Source: Cyclobacteriaceae bacterium
GTDB lineage: Bacteria > Bacteroidota > Bacteroidia > Cytophagales > Cyclobacteriaceae
Length of the DNA: 64,000 nt
NCBI GenBank assembly: GCA_049645705.1
Contig: JBARUK010000004.1
Location: 105,873 to 169,872 of the forward strand
Direction of reading: 5' to 3'
Of this stretch, positions 9,652-19,294 are shown one piece after another. The notes under the pieces are model-generated. The model was not told where the DNA came from. It saw only the letters and a program-made list of their open reading frames with translations, and made no database searches. The position numbers and the translations under genes are program-made. Every line of letters starts with the position of its first letter. Position 1 is the first letter of the stretch.

Positions 9652-11214
9652 ATGCAGCAAAAAGCATTTAAAGAAGACATTCAGGAAGGATATACTCATC
9701 GTGGCCAGACCATAACCCTGGGCGCAGCCATGCTCAACGAAGAACCTCTTGCTGACACACAGGTGCGTCTTGCACTGAAAACATTTAACCGACATGGACT
9801 TATAGCAGGAGCGACCGGCACGGGCAAAACCAAGACGCTGCAGGTAATAGCAGAACAGCTCTCTAATGCCGGAGTACCCTCTTTGGTCATGGACCTGAAA
9901 GGGGACCTGAGTGGCCTGGCAAAAGCCGCAGATGCGAACCCGAAACTAACCGGACGAAATGAAAAACTGGGACTGGAATTTACACCACAGTCCTTTCCGG
10001 TAGAATTCCTGTCACTATCCGATGAACCGGGCATAAAGCTACGCGCGACGGTATCTGAATTCGGGCCGGTACTATTCAGCAAAATACTGGACCTGAACGA
10101 TACACAGTCCGGGGTAATGGCACTTATTTTCAAATACTGCGACGATAATAAATGGCCGCTCATAGACCTGGAGGATGTAAAGGAAGTACTACGCTACGTT
10201 GGTGATAAAGGTAAAGATGCATTTATAAAAGAATACGGACGTATTGCCGGTTCCACCTCATCGGCTATTATGCGTAAGATCGTAGAGCTGGAACAGCAAC
10301 AGGCAGACAGGTTTTTCGGCGAGCCGTCTTTTAACCCTGACGACTTGGTCAGGCGTGATAGTGAAGGGAAGGGTGTCGTATCTATACTGCGACTAACTGA
10401 CCTGCAGGACAGGCCCAAGCTGTTCTCCACCTTCATGCTATCACTGTTGGCAGAGATATACAGTACATTCCCGGAAGAAGGTGATCTTGAGAAGCCAAAA
10501 CTGTGCCTGTTTATAGATGAGGCACACCTGGTGTTTTCTGAAAGCAGCAAAGCCCTGCTTCAGCAACTGGAGGCGATCATTAAGCTGATTCGTTCTAAAG
10601 GAGTGGGCATATTCTTCTGCACACAAAGCCCGAATGATATACCTGACGAAATACTGGGTCAGCTAGGACTGAAGGTCCAGCATGCATTGCGAGCTTTTAC
10701 CGCCAGGGATCGTAAGGCCATCCGAAGGTCAGCGGAGAACTTTCCTATATCTGACCACTACGATACAGCCACCCTGCTTACCAGCCTTGGAATAGGTGAA
10801 GCCCTCATAACGGCACTGAATGAGAAAGGAAGGCCTACACCCCTGGCTGCAACTATGCTGCGGGCCCCTGCCAGCAGAATGGACATTCTGACATCGCAGG
10901 AAATAAATGATGTATTGGCAGGGAGTCAACTGCTTGGCAAGTACCGGGATGATGTGGACCGGGATAGCGCTCACGAAATCTTAAAACGGAAGCTGGAGCA
11001 GGCCGAAGCAGAAGACCACAGGGAGAAAATGAAGGATCAATGGCAGTCTGCAGCTAAAAAACAAACCCCTACCCGAAGTACGGCCAAAGAGGAAGAAAGC
11101 TGGGTAGAAGAATTGAGCAAGAACACGATGGTACGTCAACTGGGTCGCACGGTAATGCGTGAACTGGCAAGAGGTCTGCTGGGTGTATTAGGAGTTAACA
11201 AGAGAAAACGTTGA
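9652..11214 (+). CDS. YjgR/DUF853-family HerA-like P-loop ATPase
   Basis: 520 aa. The N-terminus NRHGLIAGATGTGKTKTLQVIAEQLS...VMDLKGDLSG is near-identical in pattern to E. coli YjgR (NRHGLITGATGTGKTVTLQ...). Confidence 0.8.
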   Translation: MQQKAFKEDIQEGYTHRGQTITLGAAMLNEEPLADTQVRLALKTFNRHGLIAGATGTGKTKTLQVIAEQLSNAGVPSLVMDLKGDLSGLAKAADANPKLTGRNEKLGLEFTPQSFPVEFLSLSDEPGIKLRATVSEFGPVLFSKILDLNDTQSGVMALIFKYCDDNKWPLIDLEDVKEVLRYVGDKGKDAFIKEYGRIAGSTSSAIMRKIVELEQQQADRFFGEPSFNPDDLVRRDSEGKGVVSILRLTDLQDRPKLFSTFMLSLLAEIYSTFPEEGDLEKPKLCLFIDEAHLVFSESSKALLQQLEAIIKLIRSKGVGIFFCTQSPNDIPDEILGQLGLKVQHALRAFTARDRKAIRRSAENFPISDHYDTATLLTSLGIGEALITALNEKGRPTPLAATMLRAPASRMDILTSQEINDVLAGSQLLGKYRDDVDRDSAHEILKRKLEQAEAEDHREKMKDQWQSAAKKQTPTRSTAKEEESWVEELSKNTMVRQLGRTVMRELARGLLGVLGVNKRKR

Positions 11215-11220
11215 GAATAG

Positions 11221-11246
11221 AAAAGCCCGGCAAAAACCGGGCTTTT
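11221..11246. terminator. Bidirectional intrinsic terminator, serving the + strand ATPase gene and the - strand tRNA-Cys
   Basis: AAAAGCCCGG-caaaaa-CCGGGCTTTT: a perfect 6-bp GC stem flanked by an A-run and a T-run. Confidence 0.7.
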
Positions 11247-11250
11247 CATT

Positions 11251-11324
11251 TGGAGGTCGCGAGCGGATTCGAACCGCTGTACGAGCTTTTGCAGAGCTCT
11301 GCCTAGCCACTCGGCCACACGACC
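11251..11324 (-). tRNA. tRNA-Cys (anticodon GCA), CCA encoded
   Basis: The reverse complement folds as a cloverleaf. Acceptor stem is GGTCGTG/CGCGACC (one GU pair). Anticodon stem GAGCT/AGCTC with loop CTGCAAA. T-arm GGTTCGAATCC. Discriminator is U73 (a Cys identity element), followed by CCA. Confidence 0.9.
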
Positions 11325-11342
11325 TTTTCTCAGAAGGGAATG

Positions 11343-11373
11343 CAAATGTATACATTTATGGTATTCACGTCAA
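11343..11373 (-). promoter_or_regulatory. Candidate Bacteroidota sigma-A promoter for tRNA-Cys (TTG -33, TACATTTG -7)
   Basis: On the minus strand: TTG, 20 nt, TACATTTG, ending about 18 nt before the mature tRNA 5' end. Confidence 0.4.
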
Positions 11374-11467
11374 ATCATAGGCATGTTATTTTCGCCTTTT
11401 AATTCCCCACGGCCAGTAAACAAATAAGGCGCCCGGAGGCGCCTTATCTTCAATTTATATCAGAAGA

Positions 11468-13462
11468 TTACTTTTTGTCATCTTCTTTTTTCTCTTCTGC
11501 CTTTTCCTCAGCCTGCTCGACGTGCTCTTTTGCAGTCTCAACATCCTGAGTAGTAGAAGCTTCTTCAGTTTCAGTCTCCGCTTTGATCTCTTTCTTCTCC
11601 ATACCGCGGGCTTCAGACTTTACCTTCTCGGTCTTATCTTCACCAGTAGTATCGGATTCTTTTTTAGCAGGCTGTCCGCCACCTTGCATCTGCTCTTTGA
11701 GCTGCGCAAGTGCTGAAAGATCTCCCAGAGTAGACTTTTCGCCATCGCCGGCAGGCTTGTCTCCGCCCTTGCCCTTTTTCTTAGAAGACGAAGCTGCTGC
11801 TTTCTTCTTAGGCTTGATTATCTCTTCCTCGTTGTATGTAGCCGAGTGAGAAAGTACGATACGGCGATCTTCTTTAGAGAATTCGATCACACGGAAGTCA
11901 AGCGTTTCGCCTGCTTCGATGTCACCACCGTCCTCTTTCTGAAGCGTTTTACCAGGAGCAAATCCTTCTATACCGTAAGGCAGTTCGAGGGTTGCGCCTT
12001 TCTCGTTACGACCAAGGACAGTAGCCTTATGTACAGAACCTACAGGGAATACACTTTCGAAAGTATCCCACGGGTTCTCTTCAAGCTGCTTATGCCCAAG
12101 AGCCAGACGACGATTGTCAACATCAAGTTCCAGAACCTGAACCTCAAGCTCTTCACCTACTTTAGTGAATTCACTAGGGTGCTTAACTTTCTTAGTCCAG
12201 CTTAAGTCTGAAACGTGTACAAGACCGTCGATACCTTCTTCAAGTTCGATGAACAGACCGAAGTTAGTAAGGTTACGTACCACGCCTTTGTGGTGAGTAC
12301 CTACAGCATACTTGGTAAGTACATCTTCCTTAGTCCATGGATCTTCAGTAAGCTGCTTGATACCAAGAGACATCTTACGCTCGTCGCGGTCGAGAGTCAG
12401 TACAACAGCGTCCAGTTCGTCACCGATGCTGATGAAGTCCTGAGGATTTCTCAGGTGCTGAGACCAGCTCATTTCGCTCACGTGGATCAGACCTTCTACA
12501 CCAGGCATGATCTCGAGGAATGCACCGTAGTCAGCCACATTAACAATACGTCCTTTAACCTTAGAGCCAACCTGCATTTCTTCTGCAAGTGAATCCCAAG
12601 GATGAGGAGTAAGCTGCTTCATACCAAGTGAGATACGCTTCTTGTCATCGTCGAAGTCAAGTACCACCACGTTGACCTTCTCGTCAAGGTTAAGCACTTC
12701 TTCGGGATGATTGATACGTCCCCAGGAAATATCTGTGATGTGCAGAAGACCATCTACACCACCAAGGTCGATGAATACACCGAAGTTGGTCATGTTCTTG
12801 ATCACGCCTTCCAGTACCTGGCCTCTTTCGAGGTTGTTTAGTATCTCGGCTTTCTGCTTTTCGAGGTCTTTCTCGATAAGTACTTTGTGAGAAACTACTA
12901 CGTTATCGTTAGCGTAGTTGATCTTCACAACTTTCACTTCCATTTTCTTGCCTACGTACTGATCGAAATCGCGAATAGGTTTCACGTCGATCTGTGAGCC
13001 GGGAAGGAATGCCTCTACACCGTAGATGTCTACAATAAGACCACCTTTGGTACGACGCTTAACAGTACCTTCGATAACGTTGTCGTCTTCGAGTGCACCA
13101 GTAATTTTTTCCCAAGCCTTAACGATCTTAGCTTTACGGCGCGAAAGTACAAGCTGCCCTAGAGAGTTTTCCTGCTCTTCTACGTATACTTCTACTTCAT
13201 CACCGATCTTAAGATCAGGCGTATCACGGAATTCGGAGGCAGACACCAACCCGTCTGATTTGAAACCAATGTTAAGGATAACATCGCGGTTATTGATGCC
13301 TACAACTGTACCCGACACTACCTCATTCTCATTAACCTGAGTAAGGGTGCCATCGTACATTTCCGCCATTTTCTGGCGGTCTGAGTCGGAGTATCCCTCG
13401 CCGAAACCTTTCGATTCGAGGTCGTCCCAATTGAAATCTTGCTCTTGCTGAGAGTTAGCCAT
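11468..13462 (-). CDS. rpsA: 30S ribosomal protein S1 with a long K/E-rich C-terminal tail
   Basis: 664 aa with six S1 domains. Highly conserved blocks include GFGVFIDLGGVDGLLHITDISW. Confidence 0.9.
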   Translation of the reverse strand: MANSQQEQDFNWDDLESKGFGEGYSDSDRQKMAEMYDGTLTQVNENEVVSGTVVGINNRDVILNIGFKSDGLVSASEFRDTPDLKIGDEVEVYVEEQENSLGQLVLSRRKAKIVKAWEKITGALEDDNVIEGTVKRRTKGGLIVDIYGVEAFLPGSQIDVKPIRDFDQYVGKKMEVKVVKINYANDNVVVSHKVLIEKDLEKQKAEILNNLERGQVLEGVIKNMTNFGVFIDLGGVDGLLHITDISWGRINHPEEVLNLDEKVNVVVLDFDDDKKRISLGMKQLTPHPWDSLAEEMQVGSKVKGRIVNVADYGAFLEIMPGVEGLIHVSEMSWSQHLRNPQDFISIGDELDAVVLTLDRDERKMSLGIKQLTEDPWTKEDVLTKYAVGTHHKGVVRNLTNFGLFIELEEGIDGLVHVSDLSWTKKVKHPSEFTKVGEELEVQVLELDVDNRRLALGHKQLEENPWDTFESVFPVGSVHKATVLGRNEKGATLELPYGIEGFAPGKTLQKEDGGDIEAGETLDFRVIEFSKEDRRIVLSHSATYNEEEIIKPKKKAAASSSKKKGKGGDKPAGDGEKSTLGDLSALAQLKEQMQGGGQPAKKESDTTGEDKTEKVKSEARGMEKKEIKAETETEEASTTQDVETAKEHVEQAEEKAEEKKEDDKK

Positions 13463-13754
13463 AAGAATTATTAGCAGCCCTATAAGTACGCCTCCGGTTT
13501 CCAGGGCCTAAAAATCGGGGATTTAGTTATAAATAAATTGTAATAGCTTGAAAAACAGTCGTTTTTTAAGCGGACTGCAAAAATAGCAAAATAAAAGCTC
13601 TTATGAAATTCCGGTAGCGAAAAGATGAGTACCTACCGGTCCTGAAGACTGCCTGATGACATTATACATGCATCAACTGTATAATAATCAACACATTTAC
13701 GTAATTAACGTTCATAAATAACATCATCAATTACTTATATCAAACCCTATACAC

Positions 13755-14585
13755 ATGCTCTCTCGCCTATTGATTACCTCCGTTTTTACCGGTCTCTTCC
13801 TGTCGGGCTGTGGAGGCGAAAACGATCAGACCACACAAGCCAGCCAGGAAGCCGCGATCACAGACTCTACCAAAAGTGCAGAATCTTCATTTGCCGAATC
13901 CATCGGAATAGCACATGGAGATGATACCTGGAACAGCCACCAGGCTATACAGGGCGATATTACGGTAGTATTTAACGGCTCGGAACGAATAAAGGGAAAT
14001 ATGATAGCAGAAACCAGTGTGGGCCGTGTTCGCATAGAGCTTATGGACAGCACCATATTGGTATGGGACGGAAACAAAGCCTGGGTCAGCCCGGACACAT
14101 CATCCATGCAGGGTGCCCGCTTTCATCTGAAAACCTGGCCCTATTTTTTGGCCGCTCCTATGAAACTGGACGACCCGGGCACAGTGTGGCAGGATATGAC
14201 TGACGGCGAACTACTGGGACAAAACTATACCCGCCGAAAGCTGACATTTAAATCCGGTACAGGTGATTCACCTGATGACTGGTACATAATTTACAAAGAA
14301 CCCGACACGGATAAGCTAAAAGCTATGTCATACATAGTGACATATGGAAACACGGTAGAAAAGGCGAGTGAAGCGCCTCATGTGATCGTATATGATGACT
14401 ACCAGGAAGTGGACGGTACTATGTTAGCCAGATCTTGGAAATTTTACAACTGGTCTGAAGAGAAGGGCATTCAAGGAGACAGTATCGGTTACGTCACAGT
14501 TTCTAACCTGAGCTTTACGGAGGTTGCGGACAGTCTGTTTACAGAGCCAACTGGTGCCCGTGAAGATAAAATGCCTGAAAAATAG
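13755..14585 (+). CDS. Hypothetical lipoprotein
   Basis: Signal peptide plus lipobox (LFLSGC). 276 aa, no assignable family. Confidence 0.5.
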   Translation: MLSRLLITSVFTGLFLSGCGGENDQTTQASQEAAITDSTKSAESSFAESIGIAHGDDTWNSHQAIQGDITVVFNGSERIKGNMIAETSVGRVRIELMDSTILVWDGNKAWVSPDTSSMQGARFHLKTWPYFLAAPMKLDDPGTVWQDMTDGELLGQNYTRRKLTFKSGTGDSPDDWYIIYKEPDTDKLKAMSYIVTYGNTVEKASEAPHVIVYDDYQEVDGTMLARSWKFYNWSEEKGIQGDSIGYVTVSNLSFTEVADSLFTEPTGAREDKMPEK

Positions 14586-14607
14586 CCTGGTGCTATTACT
14601 AGAAATA

Positions 14608-14640
14608 GAAAAGCCATCCGCTAATCAGCAGATGGCTTTT
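14608..14640. terminator. Bidirectional terminator between the lipoprotein gene and tolC
   Basis: AAAAGCCATC...GATGGCTTTT 10-bp arms, with a T-rich tract on the + side. Confidence 0.5.
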
Positions 14641-14664
14641 ACTTCTGTCTTTCTTTATAGCTGT

Positions 14665-15993
14665 TTAATCAATAGTATGTATTGAAAGATTACCTGTCTG
14701 GTAATCTAATACTGTTTTTTGGAAACGCAGGGTGATCTCTGCCTGTGCCATATTTGCCTTCGCTTCAGCCAGAGCCCTATTGGCTTCAGTAAATTCCACA
14801 TAGGTAGCAGATCCGAGCTTATATCTTTCAGATTGTGCATCAAAAGCCAACTGCGTAGCAGCAACTTGCTTTTGACCTAGCTCATAAGAGGCAAGCGCCT
14901 GACTATAATCAAGATAGGCTTGTTGAAGATCAGTGTATACTTTTCTAGCCTGCTGCTCATAAAGTATGTGCGTATTTTCCTGGTTTACACGTGCACGAGC
15001 TACATCTGTTCTTGCTCTTAAACCATTAAACAACGGAACTCGCAAACTAATATATATTAATTTACTAAGATTTTCTGTTTCTACCTGCTGCTCAAAAGGC
15101 GAATCTGAAGCATCTGTATAGTAACTACTAAATGTATAGCCGCCAACTATTGAGGGGACTAGACTTCCCTTTGCAATCGCAACATCGTATTCAGCTGCTT
15201 CACTACGCAGTTCAAGGTTCTTCAGATCTGAACGATTTGTTAGGGCTTCATCGTAAAGGTTTGACAAATCTCTGGTACCATAGAGATCCAGATTTATTTC
15301 GAATCCTGGGTCTTCTACTGAAAAATCCTTCGTAGGGTCAAGCATAATAAGTTGAGCAAGTACGGCCTTATCGGTTTCCAGCTGAGCCTCACGACGCACG
15401 ACTTCAAGTTTAACCCGGCCTACTTCAGCCTCCTGATTGTATTGATCTACTATAGGTATGGCTCCTGCATCTACCATGCCTGTAATACGCTCTAATTGTT
15501 TTTCCTGAGCTTCAAGGTTCTCGCTGGCAATAGTGAGTAGCTGATGATCAAGCAGGACCTGCATGTATTGCAGAGATACGTTGTAAATAACATCCTGCTG
15601 GGTCCAATTCAGCAATTCCTGCTGAGCTTCATTCAGTGTTTTTGCCCGATGGATTGTATTTAGCTGACGTAAACCATTAAAGATAATACCCTCAGCATTT
15701 ATTTCTGAGTATGCCGAATAAACCGTTTCGTTTACGAGGCGTCCCAGTTGCGGAATAAAATTGTTACCATTATTACGAGTGCCTTGCGTAAAGGCGTTTA
15801 CGTCAGGTATAAGGTCAAATTTACTTTGGCTGAATTCGGCCTTAGATTGTATCTTGTTATTTCGCTCCCGCTTCAGATCCAGATTTTTTTGCAGTGCCAT
15901 TTTAACAGCCTCCCCATAGATCAATGGTTCTTGAGCAAAGGTACTGATCGGGACGAAGAGTATGATAGTGAAAAGTAGATATAGAGATCTCAT
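14665..15993 (-). CDS. TolC-family outer-membrane efflux protein
   Basis: 442 aa with a signal peptide and two coiled-coil/beta repeats typical of OMFs. Confidence 0.8.
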   Translation of the reverse strand: MRSLYLLFTIILFVPISTFAQEPLIYGEAVKMALQKNLDLKRERNNKIQSKAEFSQSKFDLIPDVNAFTQGTRNNGNNFIPQLGRLVNETVYSAYSEINAEGIIFNGLRQLNTIHRAKTLNEAQQELLNWTQQDVIYNVSLQYMQVLLDHQLLTIASENLEAQEKQLERITGMVDAGAIPIVDQYNQEAEVGRVKLEVVRREAQLETDKAVLAQLIMLDPTKDFSVEDPGFEINLDLYGTRDLSNLYDEALTNRSDLKNLELRSEAAEYDVAIAKGSLVPSIVGGYTFSSYYTDASDSPFEQQVETENLSKLIYISLRVPLFNGLRARTDVARARVNQENTHILYEQQARKVYTDLQQAYLDYSQALASYELGQKQVAATQLAFDAQSERYKLGSATYVEFTEANRALAEAKANMAQAEITLRFQKTVLDYQTGNLSIHTID

Positions 15994-16008
15994 GATGGTG
16001 TAGAATAA

Positions 16009-16698
16009 TTAGGCTCTAATTTCCTGTGAGTTGTTAGTTTCTTTCAGCATTCCATCTACAAGAGTGATGGTTCGATTGCCAAATGAGGCGTTATGTTCGG
16101 AATGAGTCACCTGGATGATGGTCATTCCTTCTTTATTCAGTTCTTTAAATAGCTCCATGACTTTATTACCCTGCTCAGAATGCAGGTTTCCGGTAGGTTC
16201 GTCTGCCAGCAGAAGTCTAGGCTGTCCGATTATGGCTCTGGCCACACCTACCACCTGCTGCTGTCCACCGCTGAGCTGATCAGGAAACAAGTCCTTCTTA
16301 GCAACTATATTAAAGCGGTCCAGCATTTCTGCAACCAGGCTTTTTCTTACCTTACTTTTAATTCCTTTGTAGATAAGAGGGGTTTCGATGTTTTCATATA
16401 CCGTCAGCTCATCGATGAGATGATAAGCCTGGAATACAAATCCGATATGATACTTATGAATATCGCTACGTTTTCTTTCTTTCAGACGGCTTACCTCCTC
16501 ATCCAGGAAGAAGTACTCGCCTGCCGATGCCTGGTCCAGCAAACCGATTATGTTCAGTAAGGTAGACTTACCGGCACCGCTGGGTCCCATGATCGTCAGG
16601 AAATCTCCCTGTTCTATGTCCAGGTTGATGTCCTTCAGAATGAACGTTCTCTGAAAACGCGCCTCTACGTATTTATCAAGTTTTCTTAACCTGATCAT
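16009..16698 (-). CDS. ABC transporter ATP-binding protein (MacB/LolD-type)
   Basis: Walker A GPSGAGKST, signature LSGGQQQ and Walker B LLLADEPTGNL. Confidence 0.85.
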   Translation of the reverse strand: MIRLRKLDKYVEARFQRTFILKDINLDIEQGDFLTIMGPSGAGKSTLLNIIGLLDQASAGEYFFLDEEVSRLKERKRSDIHKYHIGFVFQAYHLIDELTVYENIETPLIYKGIKSKVRKSLVAEMLDRFNIVAKKDLFPDQLSGGQQQVVGVARAIIGQPRLLLADEPTGNLHSEQGNKVMELFKELNKEGMTIIQVTHSEHNASFGNRTITLVDGMLKETNNSQEIRA

Positions 16699-16867
16699 AT
16701 TAGGTTATTGATTTCACCTTCAATAGCCAATAAATATGCCAAAGGGGAAACCTGCTCTAAAATAGCTGAAAAGGCACTTTTAATAAGCCTTACCGTTCAC
16801 CAGCGCTCAGGGGGTGTCCGATTTCAGACACCCCCTGTATTTTGCTTACCAGGTCGGGTCAGACTGG

Positions 16868-19273
16868 CTATTCATACTTGAGAGAACGAACAGGATTGGT
16901 CTTCGCTGCCTTCAGGGACTGCAGACTTACCGTCGTAAAGGCAATGAAAAAAGCCAGGAAGCCTGCTATAGCAAATACACCCACACTAATTTCGATACGG
17001 TAGGCAAACTCCATAAGCCATTGATTCATGACCAGATACACCACCGGTACTGAAATCAGAAAAGCGATAGTTACCAGTATGGCGAAATCCTTGCTTAATA
17101 ACAGGACCAACTGCCAGACGCTGGCTCCCATGACCTTACGTATACCTACTTCGCGCGTACGTTTTTCGGCCGTGTAGGCCGCCAGGCCGAACAGGCCTAT
17201 ACTGGCAATGAATATAGCCAGTACTGAAAAAACGGTAAAAATGGTTCCCATACGTTTCTCTGCCTGAAACAGCACAGCATATTCATCATCTACAAACTGA
17301 TAGTTGAAGGGCTCATCACCTGCATGTTCCTTCCACAATTGCTGTAGTTCATCAACAGAACCTGAATGATCGCCTGCCGGCAACCTTACGGTCAGGTAGG
17401 AACCTGTAGTGCCAAGGATAAACAGGAGCGGTGTAGCTGGCTGCTTCAAAGTCTCAAAATTAAAGTCTTTGATCACTCCTACCACCCTGAAGTCATTCGG
17501 ATCTCCTGAATCTAGGGAGGAAATGTAACTGTTCAGAGGATCTTCCAGTCCAAACTCTCTTACGGCAGCCTCATTTAGCAGCATAGCGGCAGTGTCCGTA
17601 AGAAAATCCCGGCTGAAGTTTCGCCCTTTCAACAGTTCTATATCCATAGTTTCCAGATAGTCATGATCTACTGCATACACACCTATTATATGGTCCTCCA
17701 TACTTCCTTTTTCTCTGAAAACAGACTTGTTGTTAATATTAGGTAATGCATTACTGGAGAAAGCCGCGTGTGTAAAACCACTGCTGCCAAGTACGGCTTC
17801 TTTAAATGCCTCACTATTATTGGCAAGTCTGTTTACCTGGGTCAGAGTGATAAGGTTCTCCTTATCAAATCCCAGATCGCGGTTCCTGATAAATTCTACC
17901 TGGCGATAGATAAGCAGTGTGCTGACGATCAAAAATATGGATATAAAGAACTGAAATACAACCAGCACATTACGAACTCTACCGGAACTGAGACCTGAAG
18001 AGATATTACCCTTGAGCACGGCCGCAGGGTTATAGTGAGATAGGTAGAATGCAGGGTAACTTCCGGCCAGTAGCCCTACTATTATCACCAGTATAACAAT
18101 TCCCGCCAGCACGTAAGGCTGCCAGATCATACTTATATTCAGTTCCTGTCCGGAGATCGTATTGAATGGACCAAGGCAGAGGGAGGCGATGATCAGGGCA
18201 ATAAACGATGATATTACTGTGATAAGCACCGACTCTGCAATGAACTGAAGGATCAGTTGACTTCTAAAGCTGCCGAGAGTCTTACGTAACCCTACCTCCT
18301 TGGCTCTTCTGGCTGATTTTGCCGTAGCCATATTCATATAATTTATACAGGCAATAACAATGATGAAAATGGCTATAAAAGAGAAAATGTATAAATACCG
18401 GCTGCTGCCGCCTACTTCGAGGTTATCAGTAATCTGATCTCCCAGGTGTATATCTGTCAGGGGCTGGGGGTGATAGCCATACTTATTACCGGCTGCTCTG
18501 AATCCTTCCATGCTGGTATTGAATACTTCCTCCACCAATGGGCCGAGATGACGATCCGTCATCTCGAACAGCTTCTGGTCAAGTACTTCAGGGTCAGTCC
18601 CCTCCTCCGCCAGCAGGTATGTGTACAGTCCGTTACTGAACCATAGTTCCGTCATATCAAACCGGCTTAGAGGATAGGATATGAGCATTTCAAAATCCAT
18701 ATGGCTATTAGAAGGCGGATCTGCCACCAGTCCCGTAATCTTATACTGCTCTTCTTCATTGCCTATACTTAGGCTTTTGCCCAGCACGTCGGTAGTAGAG
18801 AAATATTTCCGGGCCAGGTTTTCAGTTATAACTGCCGAATTAAGCTCGCTAAGACACTTATCAGCATTACCCTGGAGCAGCTCAAAATCAAACACCTGGA
18901 AAAAGGTGGAGTCTACCTGCAGTATATCTTCCTGATGAAATACCCGGTCACCGAACCGGATCACCTGCTCACCCGCATTCTCTATGCGTACGAAATTTTT
19001 GACTTCCGGTAGTTCAGACGCCGCGGTAGGGCCTACCGGCGGACTGCTTACGGCCACATTCAGTTCCTGACCGGCCATTTTACCGTTTAGCCAGACGCGG
19101 TATATGCGATCCTTCTTGCTATGAAAGGTATCGTAATTGATCTCCTGATATACAAAGAGCAGGATAAGGAGCGCACTGGCTATACCAATGCTAAGGCCGA
19201 GTATATTCAGCAGAGAATAGAAGGCCGTCTTCCGCAGATTGCGGATAGCCACCTTCGCGAAATTCTTTAACAT
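16868..19273 (-). CDS. FtsX/MacB-family ABC permease (double FtsX domain, ~800 aa)
   Basis: N-terminal TM, large periplasmic domain, and two 4-TM FtsX modules. Confidence 0.85.
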   Translation of the reverse strand: MLKNFAKVAIRNLRKTAFYSLLNILGLSIGIASALLILLFVYQEINYDTFHSKKDRIYRVWLNGKMAGQELNVAVSSPPVGPTAASELPEVKNFVRIENAGEQVIRFGDRVFHQEDILQVDSTFFQVFDFELLQGNADKCLSELNSAVITENLARKYFSTTDVLGKSLSIGNEEEQYKITGLVADPPSNSHMDFEMLISYPLSRFDMTELWFSNGLYTYLLAEEGTDPEVLDQKLFEMTDRHLGPLVEEVFNTSMEGFRAAGNKYGYHPQPLTDIHLGDQITDNLEVGGSSRYLYIFSFIAIFIIVIACINYMNMATAKSARRAKEVGLRKTLGSFRSQLILQFIAESVLITVISSFIALIIASLCLGPFNTISGQELNISMIWQPYVLAGIVILVIIVGLLAGSYPAFYLSHYNPAAVLKGNISSGLSSGRVRNVLVVFQFFISIFLIVSTLLIYRQVEFIRNRDLGFDKENLITLTQVNRLANNSEAFKEAVLGSSGFTHAAFSSNALPNINNKSVFREKGSMEDHIIGVYAVDHDYLETMDIELLKGRNFSRDFLTDTAAMLLNEAAVREFGLEDPLNSYISSLDSGDPNDFRVVGVIKDFNFETLKQPATPLLFILGTTGSYLTVRLPAGDHSGSVDELQQLWKEHAGDEPFNYQFVDDEYAVLFQAEKRMGTIFTVFSVLAIFIASIGLFGLAAYTAEKRTREVGIRKVMGASVWQLVLLLSKDFAILVTIAFLISVPVVYLVMNQWLMEFAYRIEISVGVFAIAGFLAFFIAFTTVSLQSLKAAKTNPVRSLKYE

Positions 19274-19294
19274 GTTATTTAGTAGGTTTAGGTT

